From the NCBI GenBank assembly GCA_002336245.1, contig DDDG01000024.1, positions 45,794 to 109,793 of the forward strand: 64,000 bases of DNA. Direction: 5' to 3'. Positions 8,197 to 18,242 of this stretch are shown piece after piece. This DNA is from Flavobacteriales bacterium UBA1986 (lineage in GTDB: Bacteria; Bacteroidota; Bacteroidia; Flavobacteriales_G; Salibacteraceae). The notes beneath the pieces were generated by a model. It did not search any database. It was not told the DNA's origin and saw only the letters and a list, made by a program, of their open reading frames with translations. Positions within the stretch are counted from its first letter, which is position 1. Every line of letters begins with the position of its first letter. Made by a program: the position numbers and the translations under genes.

Positions 8197-9876
8197 ATGA
8201 ATCGGATCAAATCCTTGAGTACTCGCATAAAAATCCTACTGATCGCTGCCATTGTAGGTGCTACCAGTTTTTTCTCCCTAAGCTTCACCGATTCTTATTT
8301 CGAGATTTCTAAGAACATGGAAATCTTCGCCAAACTCTTTCAAGAGCTCAACATCTATTACGTTGATGAAACCAAACCTGGCGAGCTCATCAAAACAGGT
8401 ATTGATGCAATGTTGAGGTCTTTGGACCCCTACACCGTTTATTATCCGGAAGAAAAAATAGAGGATTTCAAATTTCTAACTACAGGTCAATATGGAGGAA
8501 TCGGATCCCTCATTCGCAAAAAAGATGACTATGTAATGATTGCAGAACCCTACGAGGGTTTTCCGGCGCAAAAGGCAGGCTTACGTGCAGGAGACGTTGT
8601 GCTTGAAGTTGACGGGCAAGATGTGAAAGGAAAAACCACCTCTGAAATGAGTGGCATCCTGAAAGGGCAGGCCAAATCCGAATTGGTCATGAAAATCAAA
8701 CGGCCCTTTGAAGATGAGATCATCACCAAAACATTAACTCGAGAAGACATTAAAATAGAGGATGTTCCTTATCACGGAATCCTCGATGAGGGTGTTGGAT
8801 ACCTTCGCTTGAGCAGCTTCACCCAAACTGCTTCAGGAGCTGTTCGGAAGGCTATTGTAGACTTAAAAAAGGAAGGAATGACTTCCCTTGTCTTCGACTT
8901 GCGAGGCAATGGAGGCGGGCTTTTAAGAGAGGCGGTCGAAATCGTAAATCTATTTGTTCCAAAAGGAGTTGAAGTAGTTTCCACCAAGGGGAAACTCAAA
9001 AATTGGGATCGCTCTTACAAGACAAGTAAGGAACCTCTCGACATGAATATGCCAGTTTGCATTTTGATTGATGAAGGTTCAGCATCTGCCTCTGAAATTG
9101 TTGCCGGCGCGCTTCAAGATTTAGATCGTGCAGTAATCATTGGTCAAAAGTCGTTTGGAAAAGGTCTGGTGCAGCAGACGCTCACCTTGAGTTACAACAC
9201 ACGATTGAAAGTCACTGTTTCGAAGTACTACATCCCCAGTGGACGTTGCATTCAAAAAATCGATTACACTCATAAAGAAAACGGAAAGGCTCAAGAAATT
9301 CCTGATTCCTTGGCGGCGGAATTTGCCACGAAGCGTGGACGAGTAGTATACGATGCAGGAGGAATTTATCCCGACATCAAAACCGGCATTCCAACCTATT
9401 CAAACATTGCTCAAGATTTGAGTCAAGAAGATTTAATTTTCGATTTTGCAACTGAATACCGATCAAAGAATGATTCCCTAGAAAAGCCGGAGAGCTTTAG
9501 AATCGACGACGAATTATATGCTCAGTTTGAATCCTTTCTCGAAGGAAAAGATTTGGATTACAAAACAGAAAGTGAAGAACTGCTTGACAAGCTTGCGGAA
9601 GCCAGTAAAAAGGAAAAGTATTTCGAGAATATTCAGACAGAATATCAGAGCATAACAAATAGAATTGCTGAAAGTAAAGGCCAGGATTTAGTGAAACACA
9701 AGGCCGAAATCGTTGAGATTTTGACGAACGAACTCGTCTCCAGATATTACTATCAGAAAGGTCGAATCATATCCTCCCTTTCTACAGACGATGAAATCAT
9801 AGAAGCGAAAAAAGTGCTGAAAGATCGTTCCCTTTACGATTCCATCCTCGATGGCTCCTTCGCGAAAAAAGACTAA
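8197..9876 (+). CDS. S41 family C-terminal processing peptidase with PDZ domain
   Basis: PDZ segment (GFPAQKAGLRAGDVVLEVDG). S41 catalytic context (LRGNGGG ... GSASASEIVAGALQD ... SFGKGLVQ). Confidence 0.9.
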   Translation: MNRIKSLSTRIKILLIAAIVGATSFFSLSFTDSYFEISKNMEIFAKLFQELNIYYVDETKPGELIKTGIDAMLRSLDPYTVYYPEEKIEDFKFLTTGQYGGIGSLIRKKDDYVMIAEPYEGFPAQKAGLRAGDVVLEVDGQDVKGKTTSEMSGILKGQAKSELVMKIKRPFEDEIITKTLTREDIKIEDVPYHGILDEGVGYLRLSSFTQTASGAVRKAIVDLKKEGMTSLVFDLRGNGGGLLREAVEIVNLFVPKGVEVVSTKGKLKNWDRSYKTSKEPLDMNMPVCILIDEGSASASEIVAGALQDLDRAVIIGQKSFGKGLVQQTLTLSYNTRLKVTVSKYYIPSGRCIQKIDYTHKENGKAQEIPDSLAAEFATKRGRVVYDAGGIYPDIKTGIPTYSNIAQDLSQEDLIFDFATEYRSKNDSLEKPESFRIDDELYAQFESFLEGKDLDYKTESEELLDKLAEASKKEKYFENIQTEYQSITNRIAESKGQDLVKHKAEIVEILTNELVSRYYYQKGRIISSLSTDDEIIEAKKVLKDRSLYDSILDGSFAKKD

Positions 9877-9885
9877 GTCCTTCTT

Positions 9886-11433
9886 GTGCTCGAACTCGAA
9901 TCAAAGCCAAGACATCGACAGCTCTACCTAATCGGCCTCTATTTGTTTGCCCTTGGACTGCCAATGTCCAAGCCAGTTGTGAGCTTCGCTCAATTTGTTC
10001 TTCTCGCCGCTTGGATATACGAAGGCAACATCCGTGAGAAGTTTCAACACGTACTGAAGAATAAAATATTGCTCTTTCTAGTACTCGGGTTCATGGTTCA
10101 ACTATTATGGATTCCTTTCACAGAAGACCTCGGGCGAGCACTTCAAGACCTCAGAATAAAACTTCCTCTTCTTACAATTCCAATTCTAACTGCTTCAATT
10201 TGGCCTTTAGCACGCAAGGAATTTGTTAAGCTTTTGGATCTGTTCGCACTAGGGGTGTCTGCTGTAGCTCTGATTGGAATTTCATTGTACTTCTTCCAAA
10301 GTACAAATGCAGATGCTCGAGGGCTCTCCCCTTTCATCTCTCACATTAGAATGGGGATACTTTGCGTATTGGCCATTTTCTCCACCCTAGAACTTGTAAG
10401 AACCGAATATCGCTGGTGGCGTCTTGGAATCATAGGCCTTCTACTGATTTACTTGATACTTCTTCAAGGCTTAACCGCCTTGATATTGCTCTCAGCCGGA
10501 ATACTCGTGTTCATCATTTGGGGCATTGCGAAGTTGGAGAATAAGCGCTTTAAATGGCCCGCACTCGGCCTCTTGATCTGCACTATTCTTTCCGTTGGCA
10601 CTTTCTTGAGCATCTTCACTCTCAACTTTCAAAAAAGCGACTCAATCGATTTCACCCAATTGGATTACGCCAGTCCGTCCGGTGAAGTCTACCTCCATTT
10701 AAGTGAAAATCTGCAACGAGAAAACGGGCACTACATCTGGACATATGTGGCCATGAATGAACTCCGCTCCGGCTGGAATGAACTCAGCGAACTCGACTTT
10801 GACGGCTTAGACGAAAAAGGTCAACCTCTTCACGCCACCATCATCCGTTTCATGGCGTCAAAAAATTTGCGCAAAGATCTCAACGGCCTTTCGCAATTGA
10901 AAGCCGATGAAATTAGAGCGATAGAACAAGGTCTCACAAACATTCGATTTGTGGATGGTAAGGGTTTATCGGATCGTTTGTATGAGACACTTTGGGAATT
11001 GGAGCAAGTACAAAACTCCGGGAATCCAAGCGGAAACTCAGTGGCTCAGCGCTTTGAGTTTTGGTCGGTTGGATGGACGCTCCTTCAAAAAAACCCACTC
11101 CTTGGAATAGGTGCGGGAAATCTTGTGCAGTCGTTCGATCAAGCCTATGAGGAGCTCAATAGTGAATTGAGTTTGAATTTCAGAAAACGAGCCCACAACC
11201 AATATTTAACTTATCTCATATCCTTTGGATGGATTGGTGGGCTCTTCATTCTTGCAAGTTTTTTCCATGCATCCATTCGTGGCAAACAAAGCTTGCTGTC
11301 CATTTCATTCTTTGTGCTTTGGACCTTTTCGTTCGTGAATGAGGATACTTTAGAAACTCAAATTGGCGCGAGCTTTTTCATTTTCTTTCTCTGTCTATAC
11401 GCCTTCAATGAAGTCAGTCCTAAAGACGCTTAG
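9886..11433 (+). CDS. O-antigen ligase / Wzy_C-like polytopic membrane protein
   Basis: 515 aa with about 10 TM segments and a large loop. Wzy_C-like RAHNQYLTYLISFGWIGG. GTG start. Confidence 0.7.
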   Translation: MLELESKPRHRQLYLIGLYLFALGLPMSKPVVSFAQFVLLAAWIYEGNIREKFQHVLKNKILLFLVLGFMVQLLWIPFTEDLGRALQDLRIKLPLLTIPILTASIWPLARKEFVKLLDLFALGVSAVALIGISLYFFQSTNADARGLSPFISHIRMGILCVLAIFSTLELVRTEYRWWRLGIIGLLLIYLILLQGLTALILLSAGILVFIIWGIAKLENKRFKWPALGLLICTILSVGTFLSIFTLNFQKSDSIDFTQLDYASPSGEVYLHLSENLQRENGHYIWTYVAMNELRSGWNELSELDFDGLDEKGQPLHATIIRFMASKNLRKDLNGLSQLKADEIRAIEQGLTNIRFVDGKGLSDRLYETLWELEQVQNSGNPSGNSVAQRFEFWSVGWTLLQKNPLLGIGAGNLVQSFDQAYEELNSELSLNFRKRAHNQYLTYLISFGWIGGLFILASFFHASIRGKQSLLSISFFVLWTFSFVNEDTLETQIGASFFIFFLCLYAFNEVSPKDA

Positions 11434-11800
11434 CAGTCCACTCTTCCTGGTCGCGAGCTGCATCTTCTTAGTGAATCGTTGGTCTGAATTTTACGGCATC
11501 TACATCCCTTTCGTCAACTCCTACTTAGACGACCTGATGTTGATGCCCATCGTGCTTACTATGGCCCTTGCGGGTATGCGTTTTATCATCTCTAGCTCCT
11601 ACCGTTTGAGCTTGTGGCAAATAAGCCTGAGCACGCTAATCTTTTCTGTTTTCTTCGAATATTTCATCCCACAATTTGATCCTAGGTTCACTGCCGATCC
11701 TCTAGACGTTCTTGCCTACCTTATTGGAGCACTTGCTTTTCTCCTTTGGGGAAATGCTTCTATCTCAAGGCATACCTCTTCCCAGGAAGAGCCTGAATGA
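11408..11800 (+). CDS. Small membrane protein of unknown function
   Basis: Internal ATG at 11408 (MKSVLKTLSSPLFLVAS...). 4 hydrophobic segments. The 3' end overlaps dprA by 41 nt (convergent). Confidence 0.45.
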   Translation: MKSVLKTLSSPLFLVASCIFLVNRWSEFYGIYIPFVNSYLDDLMLMPIVLTMALAGMRFIISSSYRLSLWQISLSTLIFSVFFEYFIPQFDPRFTADPLDVLAYLIGALAFLLWGNASISRHTSSQEEPE

Positions 11801-12863
11801 TGCCGCTCATTTCCATTTCGAGAAGCAGGCTGGCCAGCTTCCCAAAGTTTATTCCGCTGATCTGAATCAGTTGATCCATCAAAAGCCCTTCGCGTTCTTT
11901 TAATATTTCGGCAATCACCTTCTGATCCTCCGTAAGCACTTCAAATAATTTTGCCTGCCGCACTTTCTTAAGTTGGTCTTTCCGTTGCCAGCCCATCTGT
12001 TCAAAGATGTCTTGAGGCTCTTCAATCAAATGAGCCTTGTGTTGTTTGATCAGTCGATTGCAGCCCCTCGAAGAGCGGTCATCGCGCCTTCCCGGAAGTG
12101 CAAATACATCCCGATTGTATGAATTCGCGTATTCGGCTGTAATCAGGGCTCCACCTTTTTCTGGAGATTCCACTACTAGAACTGCAGTCGCAAGGCCAGC
12201 TATGATTCGATTCCTCAATGGGAAATTCTCTTTCTCAGCTTTATCCCAATAGAGATGTTCTGAAATTAAAAGTCCAGATTTTAAGATCTCTCGCGACAAG
12301 CGTCGATTTTCTGGTGGGTATACATGACCCAGTCCATGAGCTACGACAGCCCAATTTTCCATCGAGTGTTCAAGCGACATTCGATGTACTTCAGTATCAA
12401 TACCAAGGGCTAAGCCGCTCACGAGAACAACTCCCAAATTCTGAGCTTGCTCCATCAGCTTCCTACAAAAGTCACGTCCGTACTTTGTACTCCTTCTTGT
12501 CCCTACTACTGCAAGAACAGGACGAGAATCCATGGCAACGTCTCCTTGCGAAAAGAGCACAACGGGTGCGTCGTAACATTGCGCCAAACGGATTGGGTAG
12601 TCATCCTCGTTGTAAATGTCTGCTCGAATGGAATGAGATTCGATGATTTTCAGCTCCTTTTCAAATGATTTAAACGACTTGACTTCCTTCAATGCATTCG
12701 CAAGAAAAGTGGGCATGTTCGTTCTTCGATGCTCGGGTCTATTGGCGTATTCGAAGGCTGACTTCGCGTCACCAAAGGCGTCAATTAGCTGACGAGCCCG
12801 CACATTACCTATGCCATTTGCCGAGCGCAGGGCAAGTGTGTAGAGTAGGTTTTCTTCCTTCAT
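11760..12863 (-). CDS. dprA: DNA-processing protein DprA (Smf)
   Basis: 367 aa. Rossmann-like DprA core (VVGTRRSTKYG ... VSGLALGIDTEVH ... GGALITAEYA) and a C-terminal winged-helix tail. Confidence 0.9.
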   Translation of the reverse strand: MKEENLLYTLALRSANGIGNVRARQLIDAFGDAKSAFEYANRPEHRRTNMPTFLANALKEVKSFKSFEKELKIIESHSIRADIYNEDDYPIRLAQCYDAPVVLFSQGDVAMDSRPVLAVVGTRRSTKYGRDFCRKLMEQAQNLGVVLVSGLALGIDTEVHRMSLEHSMENWAVVAHGLGHVYPPENRRLSREILKSGLLISEHLYWDKAEKENFPLRNRIIAGLATAVLVVESPEKGGALITAEYANSYNRDVFALPGRRDDRSSRGCNRLIKQHKAHLIEEPQDIFEQMGWQRKDQLKKVRQAKLFEVLTEDQKVIAEILKEREGLLMDQLIQISGINFGKLASLLLEMEMSGIIQALPGKRYALR

Positions 12864-12922
12864 CTAGAACTGTCTTAGAGCCCAGAAAGGAAGGAAAGCT
12901 GGAATAAAAAGGGAGAATAATG

Positions 12923-13360
12923 CTATTCGTTGAGGAAGCCTAAAGCAACGGAGACACAGCCCGACCTGGGCATGTCGAGATAGTCTTCCTCCGACTTAGG
13001 CGCCATGATAGTGACAGTGAGATCTTGGGTGGAATTCACCATGAAATCAAAGGCACTCTCGCCTTTATCCTCACTGTCGTACATCAAGACATCATCACTG
13101 TCTTTCACCTTCAAAACAACGCCTTCACCAAGACTCCCATGTGCACAGACCAACAATCGATATTGCTGTTCTGAATAGAAGGTCATTTTCAAATCTGCCG
13201 AATCTCCTTCAAAAAGTGTAGTTGTATTGACTTGTCCATTGTTCACGTATGGCTCAAGTGCTGGAAGGCATTTACGTTGAGTGAAAAACTTGCATTGAGA
13301 GAAAGACTCAGTTGTTCCCAAAAGGCAAATCATAAAGACGATGGCGTATCTAAGTTTCAT
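12923..13360 (-). CDS. Exported Cys-containing protein of unknown function
   Basis: 145 aa. Signal peptide (MKLRYAIVFMICLLGTTESFSQ). Beta-rich with 4 Cys in the mature part. 1-nt gap to the upstream gene. Confidence 0.5.
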   Translation of the reverse strand: MKLRYAIVFMICLLGTTESFSQCKFFTQRKCLPALEPYVNNGQVNTTTLFEGDSADLKMTFYSEQQYRLLVCAHGSLGEGVVLKVKDSDDVLMYDSEDKGESAFDFMVNSTQDLTVTIMAPKSEEDYLDMPRSGCVSVALGFLNE

Positions 13361-13361
13361 G

Positions 13362-14267
13362 CTATCTTGCTATGTAGGAGTTCCTCAATTCTTTCGCTTT
13401 GACTGCAATTTCTTCTAGTTGCTCGCGAGACATCTTAACCGTAATTTTCTTTCCGACGCGAATCACTCCATGTTCATCCACGGAATAAGTTCCTGGCTCG
13501 CTCTTCTCTTCCAATGCCATGAAGAGATCTAAGAGTTCGTTCACACCCTTTTCTATGTCATCCATACTCCCATCGGAGTTTTGAATTTCTAACAACTCTG
13601 AAAGGTGCATGGCCGAATACTTCTGCTCCGCTACGCGCTTTTCAAGAAGCTCGTTTTTCTCTCCTCCTGTGGCAAGAGAAGATGCGATGTACAAACCTTC
13701 AATCCAGCCACCCGCCAACACATAGCTCGCGATTTTTTCGCGCTCTGCTTCTTCCAACTCAGACTTTGCAGTCCAGTAGGCTTCGGAGATGATGTTCATG
13801 ATAGAGTCCCTCTTTTCGAGGTTGAGTTCGATTCGTTCCGCAATATCTGAAGTAAATATTCCAGAAAGATTCAACTCGTCTCCCAATACTCGCAATGCGG
13901 CAAAATACTTCACACATTGCTCTTGCTGCTGAAAAATGTTGCAGTAGCTCATGTCAGCTAAATAGGCTCCAATATTTACTGCCTGATCAGCACTGGTGAC
14001 GTAATTTTTTGAATTTTCTGCAGGGTTCAGAATGTCTTGTCGATAAGTGGCTCCCGCCTTATGCATAAGTACAGTTGTTTCCATGGGGGATGGAAGCGAG
14101 TAAAAAATGCTGCGAGCCTTGTTGTATTTCTTCTTGTCTTCCTCGTCGAATGAGGCGCTGTCAAAGCCAACGGGCATTTCAGGTAGGCTTGTCTCTTCTT
14201 GCACTTTTCCTCTGCAAGAGAATAGACTTCCTACAAGCACTAGTAGTATGAGTGTTCTTATGTTCAT
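13362..14267 (-). CDS. Helical lipoprotein of unknown function
   Basis: Start moved to the internal ATG (complement of 14265-14267), giving a lipoprotein signal MNIRTLILLVLVGSLFSC. No family recognised. Confidence 0.5.
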   Translation of the reverse strand: MNIRTLILLVLVGSLFSCRGKVQEETSLPEMPVGFDSASFDEEDKKKYNKARSIFYSLPSPMETTVLMHKAGATYRQDILNPAENSKNYVTSADQAVNIGAYLADMSYCNIFQQQEQCVKYFAALRVLGDELNLSGIFTSDIAERIELNLEKRDSIMNIISEAYWTAKSELEEAEREKIASYVLAGGWIEGLYIASSLATGGEKNELLEKRVAEQKYSAMHLSELLEIQNSDGSMDDIEKGVNELLDLFMALEEKSEPGTYSVDEHGVIRVGKKITVKMSREQLEEIAVKAKELRNSYIAR

Positions 14268-14316
14268 GTGAGGTATTTTCAGAATCAAGTTGTTCAAATT
14301 TAAGGAAAGGAAATCA

Positions 14317-17148
14317 TTAATGTGCTTCCAGCCAGTTTTCGCCCAATCCTGTTTCTACAAGAAGTGGAACTTTTAGTTGAATGGCACCCGACATTCTGGT
14401 CTCAACCAATTCCTTCAATTCGTCCACTTCCGACCGGTGCGCATCAAAAACCAATTCATCATGAACTTGCAAAAGCAATTGAGATTTAAGCTCGCGCTTT
14501 TTCATTTCTGCTTGTATGTTGATCATCGCAATCTTAATGATATCGGCTGCTGAGCCTTGTATTGGTGCGTTAATCGCAAGGCGTTCCAACTGACTTCGCA
14601 CTACTGCATTCGCGGAATTGATGTTTCTCAGAAGCCTTCGCCTACCCATAATGGTCTCAACATATCCTAGCTCACGCGCTTTGTCCACAACTTCCGCCAT
14701 ATAGGTGCGGATACCCGCGAATTTCGCGAAGTAGTTGTCGATGATTTCCTTCGCTTCCTTTCTAGGAATGTTCAAATTTTGAGAAAGCCCGAAAGCCCCT
14801 TGTCCGTATGCGATTCCAAAATTTACCGCCTTTGCTTTGGTGCGCATCGCGCGGTCTACCTCATCCTTTGAGACACCAAAAACTTTCGCTGCTGTAGTTG
14901 AGTGAATGTCTTCACCATTTCTGAAGGCCTCAATCATCCCTTCATCATCGCTCATGGAAGCTAATATCCTCAATTCCACCTGGGAGTAATCCGAGGCCAT
15001 CAATATGAAGTCCTTGTTCCTAGGAATGAATGCCTTTCGAACTTCCTGCCCTCGTTTGGTTTTCACTGGGATGTTCTGCAAGTTCGGACGATCTGAGCTC
15101 AATCGACCCGTGGCTGCAACTACCTGATTGAAGGTGGTGTGAATTCTGCCATCTTCGGTGTTGACCATTTCAGGTAAAACATCGACATAGGTGTTCTTCA
15201 GCTTCACCAGTTCGCGGAAGTCCAAGATCTGACTGATGATTGGGTGCTTGTCTGTGAGCTTGCTTAAAATCTCTTCGCCGGTTGCGTACTGCCCTGTTTT
15301 GGTCTTTTTGGCGTTCGGATCGATTTTCAAATGGTCGAAAAGGACCTCGCCAACTTGACGTGGGCTTGCAATGTTGAAGTCAGTTCCAGCACTGGTATAG
15401 ATACCATCTTGAATGCCTTGAATGTCTGTCTCAAGGGTTTTCGAAAGTTTTTTCAGACTCTCGGTATCGAGCTGAATCCCTTTCTCTTCCATGTCAGCCA
15501 AAACCTCAATGAGCGGGGATTCCATATTCTCGAGCAGTTCTTCATTGCCCGACTCTCGAATGATTGGGGCAAAATGATGTCGAAGCCGGAGAGTGACATC
15601 TGCATCCTCACAGGCGTAGTCGCTGATGTCTTTGTTTTCCAAGTCCAACATGGTTTTTTGATTCTTGCCTTTCTTGCCCAACAAGTCTTCAATTGGAACT
15701 GGCTTGTAATCTAAATAAAGCTCAGAAAGCACATCCATACTTCTTCTGCGCATGTCTGGCTCTAGAATGTAGTGGGCCAGCATTGTATCAAAATAGGGCT
15801 GGGCAACCCGAATGTTGTATTTGCGCAAAACCAAAATATCGTACTTAATGTTGTGCCCGATTTTTTGCGCTTTACTCTTCTCAAAGAGCTCCTTGAATGG
15901 CAATAGAAAATCTTTAATCTTCTCTTTTTCTCTCGGAACCGGGAGGTAGTATGCCTCACCTCGTCGCATTGAGAAAGAGATTCCTACCAATTGGGCCGTA
16001 AGGGCATCAAGACCGCTCGTCTCCGTATCAAAAGAGAAAAATTTGGCAGACTCAAGAGCTGCTAGCAAGCCACGGCGTTGACCTTCCGTCTCTACAAAGT
16101 AGTATTTGTGTTGGCTGTTTTCAATGCTCTTCACTTCCGAAAATGAGTCTTCCTCCTCAGTTTCACTTGTACTTCTCTGTGTTTTAGTTTCTTCCTCACC
16201 GAGGGCAAATAGATCGTATTGCCCTGATGAATTTGCCGCTGGAGAAGCACTTGGCTTGGCCATTGAGACCTCCTCGCCCAGGACTTTGGCAGCCAAATTT
16301 CGAAACTCCAATTCAACAAACAGCTCTTTCAAAGCTTCCTTGTTGGGCTCCTCCATAATCAAGGACTTTGGGTCGAAGTCTACAGGTGCATCGAGCATTA
16401 TAGTGGCGAGCACTTTACTCATGAACGCTTGTTCCTTGTTTTCTTCCACGCGCTCCTTCAACTTTCCTTTCAGTTCATGCGTGTGCTCATAAAGCCCTTC
16501 CAAACTTCCGTAGGCCTGAATCAACTTGGCCGCCGTCTTCTCACCTACACCAGGTAAACCCGGGATATTGTCGACCGCATCACCCATCATAGACAGAATG
16601 TCGATGACTTGCTCTGGTCGTTCAATTCCCCAAAGTTCACACACTTCCTTTGGTCCAATGAGTTCCGCCCCACTACCTCCTCTGCCTGGCTTGTACATGA
16701 TCACAGTGTCGGATATGAGTTGACCAAAGTCCTTATCAGGAGTCACCATATAAGTTGTGTATCCTTCTTTTTCGGCCTTTTTTGCCAAGGTTCCAATCAC
16801 ATCATCTGCCTCATAACCCTCAGCTTCCAAAATTGGGATGTTAAAGCCCTCGATAATTTTCCGGATGTATGGAACGGATAGTTTTATGTCTTCCGGTGTA
16901 GCTTCTCGGTTTGCCTTGTACTCCGTATAAATGTCATTTCGAACCGTTTTTGCTGGATAGTCGAAACAAACGGCGAGGTGCGTTGGCTTTTCCTTCTTGA
17001 TTAAATCGAGGAGTGTATTCGTAAAGCCGAACATCGCCGAAGTGTTCAAGCCCTGAGAGTTCATTCGGGGATTCTTGATGAACGCGTAATAGGCACGGAA
17101 AATCAATGCATAAGCATCGATTAGAAAGAGTTTTTTTTCCTCAGGCAT
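14317..17148 (-). CDS. polA: DNA polymerase I
   Basis: 943 aa. 5'-nuclease N-terminus (LIDAYALIFRAYYA), 3'-5' exo region, and Pol A motifs (DYSQVELRILA, QVHDELVFD). Confidence 0.97.
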   Translation of the reverse strand: MPEEKKLFLIDAYALIFRAYYAFIKNPRMNSQGLNTSAMFGFTNTLLDLIKKEKPTHLAVCFDYPAKTVRNDIYTEYKANREATPEDIKLSVPYIRKIIEGFNIPILEAEGYEADDVIGTLAKKAEKEGYTTYMVTPDKDFGQLISDTVIMYKPGRGGSGAELIGPKEVCELWGIERPEQVIDILSMMGDAVDNIPGLPGVGEKTAAKLIQAYGSLEGLYEHTHELKGKLKERVEENKEQAFMSKVLATIMLDAPVDFDPKSLIMEEPNKEALKELFVELEFRNLAAKVLGEEVSMAKPSASPAANSSGQYDLFALGEEETKTQRSTSETEEEDSFSEVKSIENSQHKYYFVETEGQRRGLLAALESAKFFSFDTETSGLDALTAQLVGISFSMRRGEAYYLPVPREKEKIKDFLLPFKELFEKSKAQKIGHNIKYDILVLRKYNIRVAQPYFDTMLAHYILEPDMRRRSMDVLSELYLDYKPVPIEDLLGKKGKNQKTMLDLENKDISDYACEDADVTLRLRHHFAPIIRESGNEELLENMESPLIEVLADMEEKGIQLDTESLKKLSKTLETDIQGIQDGIYTSAGTDFNIASPRQVGEVLFDHLKIDPNAKKTKTGQYATGEEILSKLTDKHPIISQILDFRELVKLKNTYVDVLPEMVNTEDGRIHTTFNQVVAATGRLSSDRPNLQNIPVKTKRGQEVRKAFIPRNKDFILMASDYSQVELRILASMSDDEGMIEAFRNGEDIHSTTAAKVFGVSKDEVDRAMRTKAKAVNFGIAYGQGAFGLSQNLNIPRKEAKEIIDNYFAKFAGIRTYMAEVVDKARELGYVETIMGRRRLLRNINSANAVVRSQLERLAINAPIQGSAADIIKIAMINIQAEMKKRELKSQLLLQVHDELVFDAHRSEVDELKELVETRMSGAIQLKVPLLVETGLGENWLEAH

Positions 17149-17187
17149 GAATTGAATTTGCTGCCTAAAATAACCTTTGTGAGAGAA

Positions 17188-18207
17188 TCAAAGGCCGCCA
17201 GCCAAAAGCTTTTCTTCGGCCGGACTCTGGTGGTATTTCTTCTCTATGATATCCAGGGTCTCATAGAGGATGGAGCTGTCCATTTCTGTAACTAAAACCA
17301 TGCGGTAATCCTTAAATCCGGCTAAGCCGCGGAAGTACTTTCCATAGTGTCGGCGCATTTCCACCACGCCAAGTCTAGGTCCCTTCCAGCGGAGAGAAAA
17401 GTCGAGGTGTTCGCGAACAACCGCTACTCGTTCTTTAACCGAAGGCGGCGGCGGGACAATGCCTGTTTTCATGAAAGCTTTAATGTCTCGGAAAATCCAT
17501 GGATATCCTATGCTCGCTCTCCCGATCATAATGCCATCGACGCCGTATCGGTTCTTCATCTCAAGAGCCTTTTGTGGACTGTCGACATCTCCATTTCCGA
17601 AAACTGGAATTTTCAATCTCGGATTGTTCTTCGTCTCAGCGATTAGAGTCCAATCGGCCTCACCTTTATACATTTGAACTCGTGTTCTTCCGTGAATGGA
17701 GATTGCCTGCACACCAACATCCTGGAGCCTTTCTGCTACATCCACAATGTGTTTGCTGCTCTCATCCCAGCCCAATCGAGTTTTGACTGTCACAGGCAAC
17801 TTAACCTGCTTAACGATTTCGGATGTCAGGGAGATCATTTTCGGGATGTCGCGCAAGATTCCTGCTCCGGCAGACTTATTCACCACCTTCTTCACAGGGC
17901 AGCCGTAATTGATGTCGAGCAGGTCAGGTTCACTTCGCTCTACGATTTCGGCGGCCAACTTCATGGATTCAATTTCTCCTCCAAAAATTTGTATTCCGAT
18001 CGGCTGCTCATAATCAAAGATGTCGAGCTTCTGAACACTCTTATCTGCATTGCGGATTAGGCCCTCTGAAGAAATGAATTCGGTGTACATCATATCCGCC
18101 CCCTGAGCTTTACACAAAGCTCTAAATGGTGGGTCACTCACGTCCTCCATGGGAGCCAGCAAGAGTGGGAATTCACCCAAGTCGATATTTCCTATTTTTA
18201 CCGCCAT
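17188..18207 (-). CDS. dusB: tRNA-dihydrouridine synthase
   Basis: 339 aa. LAPMEDVSDPPFR, DINYGCP and HGRT motifs of the Dus family. Confidence 0.9.
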   Translation of the reverse strand: MAVKIGNIDLGEFPLLLAPMEDVSDPPFRALCKAQGADMMYTEFISSEGLIRNADKSVQKLDIFDYEQPIGIQIFGGEIESMKLAAEIVERSEPDLLDINYGCPVKKVVNKSAGAGILRDIPKMISLTSEIVKQVKLPVTVKTRLGWDESSKHIVDVAERLQDVGVQAISIHGRTRVQMYKGEADWTLIAETKNNPRLKIPVFGNGDVDSPQKALEMKNRYGVDGIMIGRASIGYPWIFRDIKAFMKTGIVPPPPSVKERVAVVREHLDFSLRWKGPRLGVVEMRRHYGKYFRGLAGFKDYRMVLVTEMDSSILYETLDIIEKKYHQSPAEEKLLAGGL

Positions 18208-18242
18208 TCCTGAAATTCGGGCAAAATTACTAAAAGCAGAAC

